Shown: piece after piece, positions 22,317-32,116 of the stretch
How positions within the stretch are numbered: the stretch's first letter is position 1
How the letters are laid out: the number at the start of each line of letters is the position of its first letter
Assembly (NCBI GenBank): GCA_012518325.1
Contig: JAAYSR010000015.1
Coordinates: 1 to 36,834, forward strand
Direction: 5' to 3'
Length of the DNA stretch: 36,834 nt
Source: Bacillota bacterium
Lineage (GTDB): Bacteria > Bacillota > Limnochordia > Darwinibacteriales > Darwinibacteriaceae
The notes under the pieces: model-generated
Told to the model about the DNA's origin: nothing
The model's database searches: none
The model's input: the letters and a program-made list of their open reading frames with translations, nothing else
Position numbers and translations under genes: made by a program

Positions 22317-24995
22317 TCATACTTTTAGCAGGGAAAAGTGCCTCCGGGCCGCTTGTTTGACAAGGCGGAGGGCTGTTTCAACAAAGAGGGGCAGAACGGC
22401 AAAGAGGCCCACCAAGAGCCAGTCATCGACGGTTAAAGGCACAGTCTGGAAGATATTGGCCATAAAGGAATTATACACAATGAACACCTGGGCTCCGGCG
22501 GAAAGGAGCACAGCAAAGATAAGCCAGAGATTGCCCCACACCCCCATGGCAAAAACGGAGCGGTGTTCGTGGCGGCATTGGAAGGAAAAGACAAGCTGGG
22601 CGAAGACCAGGGTGGAAAAGGCCATGGTCCGGCTGCGCAGCACGTCGCCGGAATAGTACCAGAGGCTGAAAACAAAGACCAGCAGAGCCGCGAGGCTGAT
22701 CACCGTACCCGAGAACAGAATGCGCTTCAGGAGGCCCCTGGCGAAAACGCCCTCCCTGGGATTGCGGGGTTTTTGCAGCATTAGGTCCCGATCCGTCGGA
22801 TCCAGACCCAGGGCGATGGCGGGCAGTCCGTCGGTCACCAGGTTCATCCAGAGAATCTGCATAGGCACTAACGGCAGAGGCAGACCGGCCAGCGTAGCCA
22901 CCAGCATCGTCAGCACCTCCCCTACATTGCAGCCCAAAAGGTAGCGGATAAACTTGCGGATGTTGTCGTAGATGCCCCGCCCCTCCCGGACCGCCCGGAT
23001 AATTGTGCCGAAATTGTCATCAAGGAGCACCATATCCGAGGCTTCCCTGGTTACGTCGGTGCCCTGGATGCCCATGCTCACCCCAATATGGGCTTCCTTC
23101 ACCGCAGGGGCGTCATTCACCCCGTCACCGGTCATGGCTACGATTTCCCCATTCGCCTGCAGCGCCCGGACAATGGACAGCTTATGGCTTGGCGCCACCC
23201 GGGCAAAGACCGCCACCGACTTAATCCGCTCCCGCTGTTCCAGGGGCGTCAGCGCCTCCCACTGGGCACCGGTGACAACTTCGGAGGCCTCAGGGGTGAA
23301 AAGCCCGATGCGCTCCGCAATCGCTGCCGCCGTCCGCCTGTGGTCGCCGGTGACCATGATGGTGCGGATCCCGCCCTGGCGCGCCGCCAAGATTGCTCCG
23401 GGCACCTCCGGCCGCGGCGGATCAAGCATGCCGATGAGGCCGGTCAAGATCAGCCCCTGTTCCCAGGCGCCCTCGGGGGGCACTTGCCTGCCCAGGGGCC
23501 TATGAGCAGTGGCCAAAACCCTCAACGCATCATTAGCCATGGCCTCCAGCGCCTCCAGGGCCCTTTCCCTGTGTTCCTGGGTGAAACGGACCACCTCGCC
23601 GCCTGCCATCACATGGCTGCATCTTTGCATAATCACATCGGGGGCCCCTTTCACCAGGGACAGGTACTCCCCCGCGCCTTTGACCACAACGCTCATACGC
23701 TTGCGGTCCGAATCGAAGGGCTGGCTGGCCGCCTCACTGAATTTTCTGCGCAGCGCGGCCTGGGGCGGCAGACCGCTCCGCTCTGCCATGCGCAGAAGGG
23801 CTACTTCAGTAGGATCGCCAAAGAACTCGCCCCGGCCGTAGGCTTCTGCCCGGGTGCAGAGGGCCCCTGTCAGGCAGGCGTAGTGAAGAGCATCCCCCTT
23901 GCCCATCCGCAGCCTCAGATCAGACAAATCAGTAAGCAGCCCTGTCCCGGGGGACCAGATGGCCTGCACCTCCATCTGGTTCAGGGTTAACGTGCCTGTT
24001 TTATCCGAACAGATGACAGTGGCGCAGCCTAACGTTTCCACCGCCGGCAGCTGTCTGATTATGGCGTTTTGCCTGCTCATGCGCTGCACCCCTACCGACA
24101 GGGCAATGGTGACCACAGCAGGCAGGCCTTCGGGAATGGCCGCCACAGCCAAAGTCACGCCCACCATGAACATTTTGTAAATGGGCTGCCCCTGCCTGAT
24201 TCCGGCGAGAAAGACAACAGCCACAATGGCCAGGCAGGCCAAAACCAAAACCTTGCCTAGCTGACCGAGGCGCTTTTGCAGCGGCGTGGCCACGTCCCCC
24301 TCATCCTGGAGCAGGTGCGCGATCTCTCCGATCTCAGTATCCATGCCGGTGGTTACCACCACAGCCTTGGCGTAGCCCCTAGTCACCAGAGTGCTCTTGA
24401 ACACTATGTTTTTCAGATCTCCGATAGGCGTGTCCGCCCTGCCCCTGAAGCTTTCATTTTTCGTCACCGGCACAGATTCACCGGTGAGGTTGGATTCATC
24501 TACGCTGAGGAGCTGGCTTTCCAGAATCAGCCCGTCGGCGGGAACCCGGTCGCCGGGTTCCAGAAAGATAATGTCCCCCGGCACCAGCTCGGCAGCATCA
24601 ATAACTGACTTATGACAGTCCCGCAGCACCTTGCAGTGGGGAGCCGCCAGTTTACCCAGCATGTCTAAGGATTTTTCCGCTTTGTACTCCTGGTAGAAGC
24701 CGAGGATGGAGTTGAGGAACACGATGGCAAAAATGGCCGCCGCATCAAGCAGCTCGCCCAGGGCTGCTGAAACAACTACAGTTCCTAACAGAACAAGGAC
24801 CATAAAGTCTTCAAACTGACGGATAAAAATCCGCCAGGGCGCAACTGGCGGTTTAGTAACCAATAGATTAGGTCCCAGGCGGTTCAGCCGCTCCCGGGCT
24901 TCGCCTGAGGACAGGCCTGCCTGGGGGTTTGCGCCCAGTTCCTTTAATACTTTCGCTGCAGAGGCAAGATGCCAGCTCTTCGCCAAGGCGCTCAC
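22317..24995 (-). CDS. P-type cation-transporting ATPase, Ca2+ (PMCA/SERCA-like, YloB type)
   Basis: The 892 aa ORF carries TGES, the phosphorylation site [21 protein letters not shown] and GDGVNDAPA, with 10 predicted TM-type segments. Its position next to yicC matches B. subtilis yloB. It starts at a GTG. Confidence 0.88.
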   Translation of the reverse strand: MSALAKSWHLASAAKVLKELGANPQAGLSSGEARERLNRLGPNLLVTKPPVAPWRIFIRQFEDFMVLVLLGTVVVSAALGELLDAAAIFAIVFLNSILGFYQEYKAEKSLDMLGKLAAPHCKVLRDCHKSVIDAAELVPGDIIFLEPGDRVPADGLILESQLLSVDESNLTGESVPVTKNESFRGRADTPIGDLKNIVFKSTLVTRGYAKAVVVTTGMDTEIGEIAHLLQDEGDVATPLQKRLGQLGKVLVLACLAIVAVVFLAGIRQGQPIYKMFMVGVTLAVAAIPEGLPAVVTIALSVGVQRMSRQNAIIRQLPAVETLGCATVICSDKTGTLTLNQMEVQAIWSPGTGLLTDLSDLRLRMGKGDALHYACLTGALCTRAEAYGRGEFFGDPTEVALLRMAERSGLPPQAALRRKFSEAASQPFDSDRKRMSVVVKGAGEYLSLVKGAPDVIMQRCSHVMAGGEVVRFTQEHRERALEALEAMANDALRVLATAHRPLGRQVPPEGAWEQGLILTGLIGMLDPPRPEVPGAILAARQGGIRTIMVTGDHRRTAAAIAERIGLFTPEASEVVTGAQWEALTPLEQRERIKSVAVFARVAPSHKLSIVRALQANGEIVAMTGDGVNDAPAVKEAHIGVSMGIQGTDVTREASDMVLLDDNFGTIIRAVREGRGIYDNIRKFIRYLLGCNVGEVLTMLVATLAGLPLPLVPMQILWMNLVTDGLPAIALGLDPTDRDLMLQKPRNPREGVFARGLLKRILFSGTVISLAALLVFVFSLWYYSGDVLRSRTMAFSTLVFAQLVFSFQCRHEHRSVFAMGVWGNLWLIFAVLLSAGAQVFIVYNSFMANIFQTVPLTVDDWLLVGLFAVLPLFVETALRLVKQAARRHFSLLKV

Positions 24996-25040
24996 TTCTT
25001 TCCCATAATAGTCAAAGTTCCTGATGCATCTTATTCTGGG

Positions 25041-25081
25041 AAAGAAAAAAATAGTACGCTCCCCGACTTGCGGGGAGCGTA
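25041..25081 (-). terminator. Intrinsic terminator after the TPR gene
   Basis: The minus-strand RNA reads UACGCUCCCCG-CAAGU-CGGGGAGCGUA followed by CUAUUUUUUUCUUU. Confidence 0.75.
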
Positions 25082-25084
25082 TCG

Positions 25085-25819
25085 TTACTCGCTTTCCTGC
25101 AGCTCTTTCATCCTGGAAAAAGCATGTTCAGCCTGGTCCTTAAGACCGGCAGCCTCATAGCTGAGGCCTAAGTAGTAAAACATGGGAATGGACCTGGGCG
25201 CCTGCAGCTGGGCAACTTCCAGGGCGGCAATGGCCTCCTCGTAGTCCTCCAGGTAATACAGGGCTTTGCCAAGGCCAAGGCGGGCGTCAAAGTAGTCGCC
25301 GGCATCCTCCAGGGCCTTTGCAAAAGCCTCTCTGGCCTGGGCGTAGTCGCCGCGCTCCAGGGCAGTGTTGCCGAGCCCCACGTAGGCCTGGCGGAAGGGA
25401 TCCTCCTCCGGCGCGCTTTCCGCGGCCAGCCGATAGCTTTGCTCCGCCTCATCCAGGCGGCCCATCTCCGCATAAAGATCGCCGATAAAGGAGTGAATCC
25501 ACGTTTCTTCCGGATGGAGCCTGGCGAAGTCCATGAAATACCCCAGGGCGGTGCCCGGCCGATCCAGGTACTGGTAGATCATGCCGATCATCAGCATGGC
25601 CTCCCCCGATGTTTCATCGTCGCGGAGGGCCTTTTCAAACTCGCCAATGGCCAGGGCCATGGGATTGACCCGAGGGAATGTCTCTTCCAGCCTCACCGCG
25701 TGGTAATAGAGGGCCATAAACCCGTTGTCCAGATACTCTGCTCCGGTTCTGGCGTAGACTAAAGTGCCGGCAGCAATAAAAATGAGCGCAATCAGCGCAA
25801 TTGCTCTATGTTTTTTCAT
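25085..25819 (-). CDS. Membrane-anchored tetratricopeptide (TPR) repeat protein
   Basis: MKKHRAIALIALIFIAAGTLVYA is a signal/anchor sequence. It is followed by repeated 34-residue A/Y/L-rich TPR-like units (..AL..FEKAL..D.., YVGLGNTALERGDYAQAREAFAKALE, GLGKALYYLEDYEEAIAALE). The ATG at 25819 lies 9 nt after an AGGAG SD. The ORF-track start is a TTG at 25828. Confidence 0.7.
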   Translation of the reverse strand: MKKHRAIALIALIFIAAGTLVYARTGAEYLDNGFMALYYHAVRLEETFPRVNPMALAIGEFEKALRDDETSGEAMLMIGMIYQYLDRPGTALGYFMDFARLHPEETWIHSFIGDLYAEMGRLDEAEQSYRLAAESAPEEDPFRQAYVGLGNTALERGDYAQAREAFAKALEDAGDYFDARLGLGKALYYLEDYEEAIAALEVAQLQAPRSIPMFYYLGLSYEAAGLKDQAEHAFSRMKELQESE

Positions 25820-25879
25820 GCTCAACAACTCCTGTCATTCCGTGTATATTTCTCTACCGAACGGCAAAAACCTGCTTAG

Positions 25880-25908
25880 TTGAGATGTAGAAACCCAGAT
25901 GCTATAAT
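25880..25908 (+). promoter_or_regulatory. Sigma-A-type promoter of rqcH
   Basis: TTGAGA (25880-25885), a 17 nt spacer, then TATAAT (25903-25908) with an extended -10 TGc. It lies 20 nt upstream of the GAGGTGG SD and ATG. Confidence 0.6.
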
Positions 25909-25928
25909 GGAAAAAACGAGGTGGTAGT

Positions 25929-27647
25929 ATGCCCTTAGACGGCCTTACATTAAGTGTCTTAGTTCGCGAACTCGACCCTTTGCTGAAAAACGGTCGGGTT
26001 TTAAAGATTTATCAGCCGGATGAAGCCGCTGTAACGTTGCAGCTGCGCCTGCCGGGCAAAACGGAAATTCTGCTGCTCTCGGCGGATCCGGTTCACCCCC
26101 GCATCCATACGGTGGCTGAGCAGCCGGAAAATCCGTTGAATCCCCCGGCCTTTTGCATGCTGCTCCGCAAGTACCTGGAGCCAAGCCGCCTGCTGACCAT
26201 AGAGCAGCAGGGCCTGGACCGCATTTGCCGCCTCCGCTTTGAAGCAGTTGATCCGTCCGGGAAATCAATTGAGCTGACCCTGGTTTTCGAAGTGATGGGC
26301 AGGCACAGTAATCTGTACCTGGTTACAGAGGACGGGATAATTTTAGACGCCCTAAAACGCTTCCCAGACCAGGGCGTAATGCCGGGCAAACCTTATATCC
26401 CCCCGCCGGATCAGGGCAAGGTTGAGCCCGGAAGCCTCTCCCGGGAGCTTTTCCTGGACGAAATCCGCCTGCTCCCTGCCCCTGTCCCTCTCTGGAAATG
26501 GATCACCGGCAAGTTTCAGGGCTTCAGCAAAACGGCTGCCCAGGAGGTTTTGCGCCGGGGGGGCTTTGACCCAAGGATAGAGCGGGGCGCCATCGATGCA
26601 GCCAGCTGGCCCCTGGTCTATGAGGCCTTTGCGGATCTGTTGCATGAGCTGGAAAGCGGCGGCACGCCGACTTTATACAAAACCGAACCCGAGGACTTTG
26701 CCGCCTACTCCTTGACAGGCCTTCCCGGCGAGCGCTTTGCAACTGCCAACGAACTGATCCGTACAGTCCTTGGCGAAAGGCAGGCCGGCAAAGAGCTGGA
26801 AGAGATGAAAAACCGCCTGCGCAAGAGAATTGCCAGGGACCACAAACGGGTGGCAAGAAAGGAAGCAATCCAGCAGACGGAGCTCCAGGAGGCGGAACAG
26901 GCAGATCACTTCCGGCACTTAGGAGAGCTTCTGACCGCCAGTTTCCACCTGATTCCCAAAGGGGCAGCCAGCGTGGATGTGCCTGACTATACCCAGGAGG
27001 GTGCTCCCCTGGTAACCGTTCCCCTCGATGAGCGCCTTTCGCCCAGTGCCAATGTGCAAAGGATCTTCAAGCGCTACGCCAAGGCCAAGGCCAGCCAGGA
27101 ACAGATCACTCTCCAACTGGAAAAAACCCGCCAGGAACGGAGCTATTTAGAAGATGTGCTGCTCCAGATTGAACTGGCAGACCATCCCGAAATTCTCAAA
27201 GAGATCGAAACGGAGCTTTACCAGGCAGGCTATCTGAAAAGAAAACCCAAACCTTCAACACGCAAAGTTCAATCCTCAGGGCCGGACCGTTATCTTTCCA
27301 AGGACGGAATCACCATTTTGGTGGGCCGCAGCAACCGGCAGAACGACTATTTGACTTTCCGCCTAGCCGGGCCCAACCACCTGTGGCTCCATGCCAGAAA
27401 TGCGGCCGGCAGCCATGTGGCAGTGCTGGCTGAAGGAGAGATACCCCAGGAGACGCTCCTGGCAGCCGCCCAGCTGGCGGCCTACTTTTCCCAGAGCAGG
27501 CGTTCTCCGAAGGTGGATGTCGATTACACCTTGCGCAAGCATGTGCGCAAGCCGAAAGGTGCCGCCCCCGGCTATGTCCATTACGACAAGGCCAGGACAA
27601 TTACAGTTAATCCAACAGACTTTACAATGCCTGAAAAGCAAAACTAA
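25929..27647 (+). CDS. rqcH: Ribosome quality control protein RqcH (NFACT/FbpA, YloA family)
   Basis: The 572 aa ORF has the NFACT-N N-terminus (MPLDGLTLSVLVRELDPLLKNGRVLKIYQP), a central coiled coil, and an NFACT-R region (HLWLHARNAAGSHV). It is syntenic with yloA. Confidence 0.9.
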   Translation: MPLDGLTLSVLVRELDPLLKNGRVLKIYQPDEAAVTLQLRLPGKTEILLLSADPVHPRIHTVAEQPENPLNPPAFCMLLRKYLEPSRLLTIEQQGLDRICRLRFEAVDPSGKSIELTLVFEVMGRHSNLYLVTEDGIILDALKRFPDQGVMPGKPYIPPPDQGKVEPGSLSRELFLDEIRLLPAPVPLWKWITGKFQGFSKTAAQEVLRRGGFDPRIERGAIDAASWPLVYEAFADLLHELESGGTPTLYKTEPEDFAAYSLTGLPGERFATANELIRTVLGERQAGKELEEMKNRLRKRIARDHKRVARKEAIQQTELQEAEQADHFRHLGELLTASFHLIPKGAASVDVPDYTQEGAPLVTVPLDERLSPSANVQRIFKRYAKAKASQEQITLQLEKTRQERSYLEDVLLQIELADHPEILKEIETELYQAGYLKRKPKPSTRKVQSSGPDRYLSKDGITILVGRSNRQNDYLTFRLAGPNHLWLHARNAAGSHVAVLAEGEIPQETLLAAAQLAAYFSQSRRSPKVDVDYTLRKHVRKPKGAAPGYVHYDKARTITVNPTDFTMPEKQN

Positions 27648-27828
27648 AGAGCAAATAACAAGAAGCAGGCGGATACACCAAAGTCTTCTACGCCTGCCTC
27701 CTGTTGCTGGTGGGAAATACGGCGCCTGTCCCAAGGCACCATATTTCCCTTACCTTTTCATTCTGCGAGTTTACAAATGTTCCTCCTTATAAACACGCTT
27801 TTCTTCCTTCTTTGCACCTTGATCCTGC

Positions 27829-27857
27829 GAATAAACGCTCCCTCCCTGGTCATACTA
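27829..27857 (+). promoter_or_regulatory. Forespore-type (sigma-F/sigma-G-like) promoter candidate
   Basis: GAATA (27829-27833), a 17 nt spacer, then CATACTA (27851-27857) fits the published sigma-G pattern GHATR-N17/18-CATnnTA. The overlapping GGTCATACTA resembles the sigma-F -10 element. It lies about 20 nt upstream of the strong AAAGGAGGAG SD. Confidence 0.35.
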
Positions 27858-27893
27858 TAAAATAGATAGAGACCTAAAGGAGGAGTATCTATT

Positions 27894-28574
27894 ATGATGG
27901 GTGACGAAACTCAAGGCACCACAGCCAAAAAGTCTGCGCCGGTCCGCAACTGGACGGATAAAGAAAAGGATCTGGTCTGGGAACAGGCAATCAAAGCCAA
28001 GGAGGACGGCCTGCCCATGACCGAAGCTTTCCGGCGCGCTGCCAAGCTCCTTCCCCACCGTTCCGAGGCAGCCATCGGCATGCTTTATTACAACGTGCTG
28101 CGCAAAGAACGGGAAGAGCCTGCGGCAGCTCCGAAAAAGTCAAAATCAGGCTTTACGGTGGACCCTGCACTGTTAGAAGCATTTCAAGGTTTGCCGGAAT
28201 ATATACAAGAATTAAACAGCAAAATTCGCGCTTTAGAAGAACGTGTAAACCAGCCTGACCCCATGGCACTGTTAAGAGCCCTGGGCAGCCTGGCAGAAAG
28301 CATCAGCAGCGAAGAAGCACAGGAAGCCAAAATCAAGGAGCTGGAAGCAGAAATCGCAGAGTTGAAAAAGGAAAACGCAAGGCTGATGGAGGATCTGCAT
28401 AAGCTCAGGGACGCCTACAACGACGCTTTAGGTATCTATGACATGTTTACAAACATGGCTTCCATTTCACAGATTATGAGCCTCGGCGACTTTAAGCAGC
28501 AAATGAAAACCACTCTGGACAAATGGGGCAATGTTCTGGACATCACCCTCGCCCCGGTATCCAGCACTGTGTAG
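27894..28574 (+). CDS. RsfA/GerR-like Myb-type DNA-binding protein with a C-terminal coiled coil
   Basis: The 226 aa ORF has a strong SD. Its N-terminus (VRNWTDKEKDLVWEQAIKAKEDGLPMTEAFRRAAKLLPHRSEAAIGMLYYNVLRKE) follows the SANT/Myb pattern W..-E-..L.......G.....AF.....L..R...A......Y...R seen in RsfA-family sporulation factors. The C-terminal half is heptad-rich (IRALEERV.., KIKELEAEIAELKKENARLMEDLHKLRD). Confidence 0.5.
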   Translation: MMGDETQGTTAKKSAPVRNWTDKEKDLVWEQAIKAKEDGLPMTEAFRRAAKLLPHRSEAAIGMLYYNVLRKEREEPAAAPKKSKSGFTVDPALLEAFQGLPEYIQELNSKIRALEERVNQPDPMALLRALGSLAESISSEEAQEAKIKELEAEIAELKKENARLMEDLHKLRDAYNDALGIYDMFTNMASISQIMSLGDFKQQMKTTLDKWGNVLDITLAPVSSTV

Positions 28575-28612
28575 AAAAAAGATGGGTCAGCTTTAAGCCG
28601 ACCCATCTTTTG
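28575..28612. terminator. Bidirectional intrinsic terminator (RsfA-like gene / purine permease)
   Basis: AAAAGATGGGTC (28577-28588) pairs with GACCCATCTTTT (28600-28611). An A-run lies upstream and a T-run downstream, so both transcripts end in a U-tract. Confidence 0.75.
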
Positions 28613-28627
28613 CTTTACAGTTAATGA

Positions 28628-29968
28628 CTAGCCAAGGTAAATGAAGCGCAATACAAACAACACAGCTAAAATGTAGGTAATGGGATGCACTTCTTTGGCT
28701 TTTCCGGTTGCCAGCTTCACCACAGGATAGGTGATAAAGCCAAGGGCGATGCCGGTAGCAATACTGTAGGTGAACGGCATGGCGATCATGGCGATGAAGG
28801 CAGGCAGTGCTTCCTCCATGTTGTCCCAGGGAATGTTGATTACGGGTTTCATCATCAAAGCGCCGACGATGATCAAGGCAGGTGCGGTAGCAGCTGCAGG
28901 CACAATCCCGATAATGGGCAGGAAGAACAGGGAAAGCAGGAAACAGGCCGAGGTGACCAGGTTGGCCAGGCCGGTTCTGCCGCCTACTGCCACGCCGGAC
29001 GCAGACTCTACAAAGGTTGTAACTGTGGAGGTGCCAAAGACTGCACCGGCCACGGTGCCGATGGAGTCAGCCATGAGCGCCTTGTTGGCCCGGGGCAGCT
29101 TGCCCTCTTTGTCCAGGAAGCCCGCGCGTTCGGAAACGCCGATCAGTGTGCCGATGGTATCAAAAAGATCGACAAAGAGGAAGGCAAAGACAACTTCCAC
29201 AAGGCCGATGTTGAAGGCACCGGCAATGTCAAGTTTGCCAAAGACGGGAGCCCAGGTCGAAAAAGACGGGAGCTGGATGAAACCGTCTGGAAGGGGCGTC
29301 ACGCGCATGGGAATGCCAAGCACCGTTGTGGCCAGGATACCCCAGAGAATTGCTCCGTTAACTCTGCGGGCCAAAAGAATCCCGGTAATCAAGACGCCGA
29401 TTGCTGCCAACGCCGCCGAAGGTTCTGTAAGGTTGCCAATGGCGATAATTGTTGCCGGATCTGACACCACAATGCCGGCATTCTGCAGACCGATCAGAGC
29501 GATAAAGAGTCCAATGCCTGCACCGATAGCAGATTTCAACGTTGCAGGAACCGCATCGATTATTTTCTCCCTAACACCCGACAAGGACAGAAGAACAAAG
29601 AGAATACCGGAAATAAACACAGCTCCGAGGGCTGTCTGCCAAGTATAGCCCATGCCGAAGACAACAGAATACGTAAAGTAGGCGTTTAAGCCCATGCCTG
29701 GTGCTAATGCAAAAGGATAGTTAGCAAGAAAGGCCATTAACAGCGTAGCTAAGATCGCAGAAAAGGCAGTAGCAAACAAAACAGCATTGAAGGGCATTCC
29801 AGTTTCCGACAGGATGCTCGGGTTGACAAAGAGGATATAGGCCATGGTCATGAAAGTTGTAATTCCGGCCATAACCTCCGTGCGCACATTAGTCCCGTTC
29901 TCCCTGAGCTTAAACTGTCTTTCCACCCAGCCTAAGTCCGCCTGGGCTGTCTGATTCTTTGTACTCAT
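28628..29968 (-). CDS. NCS2/AzgA-family purine (adenine/guanine/hypoxanthine) permease
   Basis: The 446 aa polytopic ORF has the N-terminus ...FKLRENGTNVRTEVMAGITTFMTMAYILFVNPSIL and APGMGLNAYF, both characteristic of PbuG/PbuO/AzgA permeases. Confidence 0.85.
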   Translation of the reverse strand: MSTKNQTAQADLGWVERQFKLRENGTNVRTEVMAGITTFMTMAYILFVNPSILSETGMPFNAVLFATAFSAILATLLMAFLANYPFALAPGMGLNAYFTYSVVFGMGYTWQTALGAVFISGILFVLLSLSGVREKIIDAVPATLKSAIGAGIGLFIALIGLQNAGIVVSDPATIIAIGNLTEPSAALAAIGVLITGILLARRVNGAILWGILATTVLGIPMRVTPLPDGFIQLPSFSTWAPVFGKLDIAGAFNIGLVEVVFAFLFVDLFDTIGTLIGVSERAGFLDKEGKLPRANKALMADSIGTVAGAVFGTSTVTTFVESASGVAVGGRTGLANLVTSACFLLSLFFLPIIGIVPAAATAPALIIVGALMMKPVINIPWDNMEEALPAFIAMIAMPFTYSIATGIALGFITYPVVKLATGKAKEVHPITYILAVLFVLRFIYLG

Positions 29969-30088
29969 TGCCTGTAGCTCCTCCTTAAAGCATTGGTTTT
30001 TTGAACTTCCGGTTTAATCATTCGCTACGCTCCCGATAGTTCCTGCAGGATTTTAGAAAAATATTCGGCTTTATGTCGAAACCCAACG

Positions 30089-32095
30089 TTAGCTGGCGCC
30101 CTCCGACTCAGTTAGACTCTCCTTGTACTGCAGTAAAAACAGATTGTGATACAGGCCTTTCTGGGCCAGGAGCTCCTGATGGGTGCCCTGTTCGCGGATT
30201 TTGCCCTTGTGCAGCACAATGATCTTGTCTGCGTCCTGGATGGTAGAGAGGCGATGGGCCACCACCAGGCTGGTGCGCCCTTTCAAGAGCTTGGGCAAAG
30301 CATCCTGAATCAGCATTTCGGTTTCAGTGTCAATGTTGGCAGTGGCCTCATCCAGGATCAGAATCGCCGGATCGTAGGCCAATGCCCTGGCAAAGGCCAG
30401 AAGCTGCCTCTGCCCCGCCGAGAGGGTTGAACCCCTTTCGGTCACCGGCTCTTCATACTGTTTAGGCAGAGCGCTGATGAAGTGGTGGGCGTTAACGTGT
30501 TCCGCCACCCTTCGTACCCGTTCGGGATCAATATCCGGATTGTTCAGCGTGATGTTCTCAGCAATTGTCCCTGAAAACATAAAGACATCCTGCATCACCA
30601 GGCCCACGTTGCGCCTGAGCTCACCCTTGCTGAGCTCTTTAATATCCTGTCCATCAATGAGAATTTGACCCTTCTGAATGTCATAAAAACGCGAAAGCAG
30701 ATTCATAATCGTCGTCTTGCCTGCTCCGGTTGCCCCGACAAAGGCAACTGTCTGGCCGGGTTCCACCGTAAAGGAGACATCCCGGAGCACCCAGTCTTCG
30801 CCCACATAGGCAAACCAAACGTTCTTGAATTCGATATGACCCTTGACCTCGCCCATGGGACGGGGGTCCTCAATTTCAGCAATGGCAGGCTCTTCATCCA
30901 GGATGAGAAAAATCCTTTCTGCAGAAGCCATGGACGCCTGCATAATGTTGTATTTCTCAGTCAAATCGTTGATAGGCCTAAAGAAAAGCTCCAGATAGTT
31001 GACAAAGGCATAGAGCACACCAAAGTCCACCACGCCCCGGAGCAGCTGTCCGCCGCCAAACCAGAGGAGAATCGCTACAGCCAGGGAGTAAACCAGCTCC
31101 ATGGAGGGCCTGAACACCGCATATACATTCAGTTCCCGCATGCTGGCCCTAAGATGGCTGGAGTTTACTTCGTCAAACTCTCTAGACTTGCGCCTTTCCT
31201 GCCGGAAAATCTGCACCAGGCGGATGCCCGCAATATTCTCAGCAAAATAGGCGTTAATGCGGGCCAGGCGCACCCGGGTTTCCCGATAGGCCTCCCTTGC
31301 CCTGATTCTAAACACTGCAGTAATCGCCACGATTAAGGGCAAAGTGGCCAGGGAAACTAAGGCTAAGCGAACGTCCAGGCGGAACATCACAACAATGATG
31401 CCTAGAATCATAAAGACATCCTTAAAGAGGTTGACTAAAACTGCAGTGTACATTTCATGCAGGTTCTCAGTGTCATTGGTCACCCTGGTCACCAGGCGCC
31501 CCACGGGGTTGGTGTCGAAAAAGCGCAGAGCCAGGCGCTGAAGATGTGTAAAGAGTTCCTGCCTGATGTCAAAGACAATGCGCTGCCCGGTATACTGGAG
31601 GATATAGGCCTGAACATAGTTTAGACCAAAGCCTGCAGTGACCAGGAAAAAGAGCAGCATTCCCAGGCGCAGAATGGACTCCCGGTCAACGCGCCTGAGC
31701 TCCCTAACCTCCTCCGGAGAGAGGGTCAGGACTATCTCCCCGTCGGTGCTTTCCAGCCTTTGCTGCCCCCCTTCCCGGACAAGTTTAAAGTGCAGCGAAC
31801 CAGGATCAGGTTCCCCCTTCACCGGACGCAAAGTGTAGCCTTGAATCGCGGTCAGGCTGTCATCGTCTGCATTTTCATCTGCTTCGCTGTAGAAAACATT
31901 TGAGCCTAGAATATGGTCGTCAATTGCCACCTTGACCAGGTAGGGCCTGGCCAGGTCGGTTGCGGCAATGACCAGCAGCAGTAATACACAAAGTGCAATC
32001 AGGGCCCAGTAGGGCCTCGCGTATTTTAAAAGCCTGCGCGCCAGCCGGCTGTCATACGCCTTGCCTAACGTTTGCTCTTCATGAAAGTTGTCCAT
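30089..32095 (-). CDS. ABC exporter, fused permease/ATPase, long subunit of a heterodimer (YheH/BmrD-like)
   Basis: The 668 aa ORF has 6 TM segments plus an NBD. Walker A is GATGAGKTT, the signature is LSAGQ, Walker B is ILILDEAT (catalytic Glu present), and the H-loop is VAHR. An insertion of about 90 aa sits between TM1 and TM2. Confidence 0.85.
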   Translation of the reverse strand: MDNFHEEQTLGKAYDSRLARRLLKYARPYWALIALCVLLLLVIAATDLARPYLVKVAIDDHILGSNVFYSEADENADDDSLTAIQGYTLRPVKGEPDPGSLHFKLVREGGQQRLESTDGEIVLTLSPEEVRELRRVDRESILRLGMLLFFLVTAGFGLNYVQAYILQYTGQRIVFDIRQELFTHLQRLALRFFDTNPVGRLVTRVTNDTENLHEMYTAVLVNLFKDVFMILGIIVVMFRLDVRLALVSLATLPLIVAITAVFRIRAREAYRETRVRLARINAYFAENIAGIRLVQIFRQERRKSREFDEVNSSHLRASMRELNVYAVFRPSMELVYSLAVAILLWFGGGQLLRGVVDFGVLYAFVNYLELFFRPINDLTEKYNIMQASMASAERIFLILDEEPAIAEIEDPRPMGEVKGHIEFKNVWFAYVGEDWVLRDVSFTVEPGQTVAFVGATGAGKTTIMNLLSRFYDIQKGQILIDGQDIKELSKGELRRNVGLVMQDVFMFSGTIAENITLNNPDIDPERVRRVAEHVNAHHFISALPKQYEEPVTERGSTLSAGQRQLLAFARALAYDPAILILDEATANIDTETEMLIQDALPKLLKGRTSLVVAHRLSTIQDADKIIVLHKGKIREQGTHQELLAQKGLYHNLFLLQYKESLTESEGAS

Positions 32096-32116
32096 CTATT
32101 ACACCTGCCTTTGCCT

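Noticed and set aside
27666-27700. A hairpin, GCAGGCG...CGCCTGC, after rqcH as a terminator.
   Set aside because: The stem is only 7 bp of uninterrupted pairing with a loop of about 19 nt, and no U-tract follows. It may still slow transcription, but I would not annotate it as an intrinsic terminator.
29969-30088. A purine riboswitch expected upstream of the PbuG-type permease.
   Set aside because: The conserved junction and loop sequences of the purine aptamer are not present on the minus strand of this 120 nt leader.
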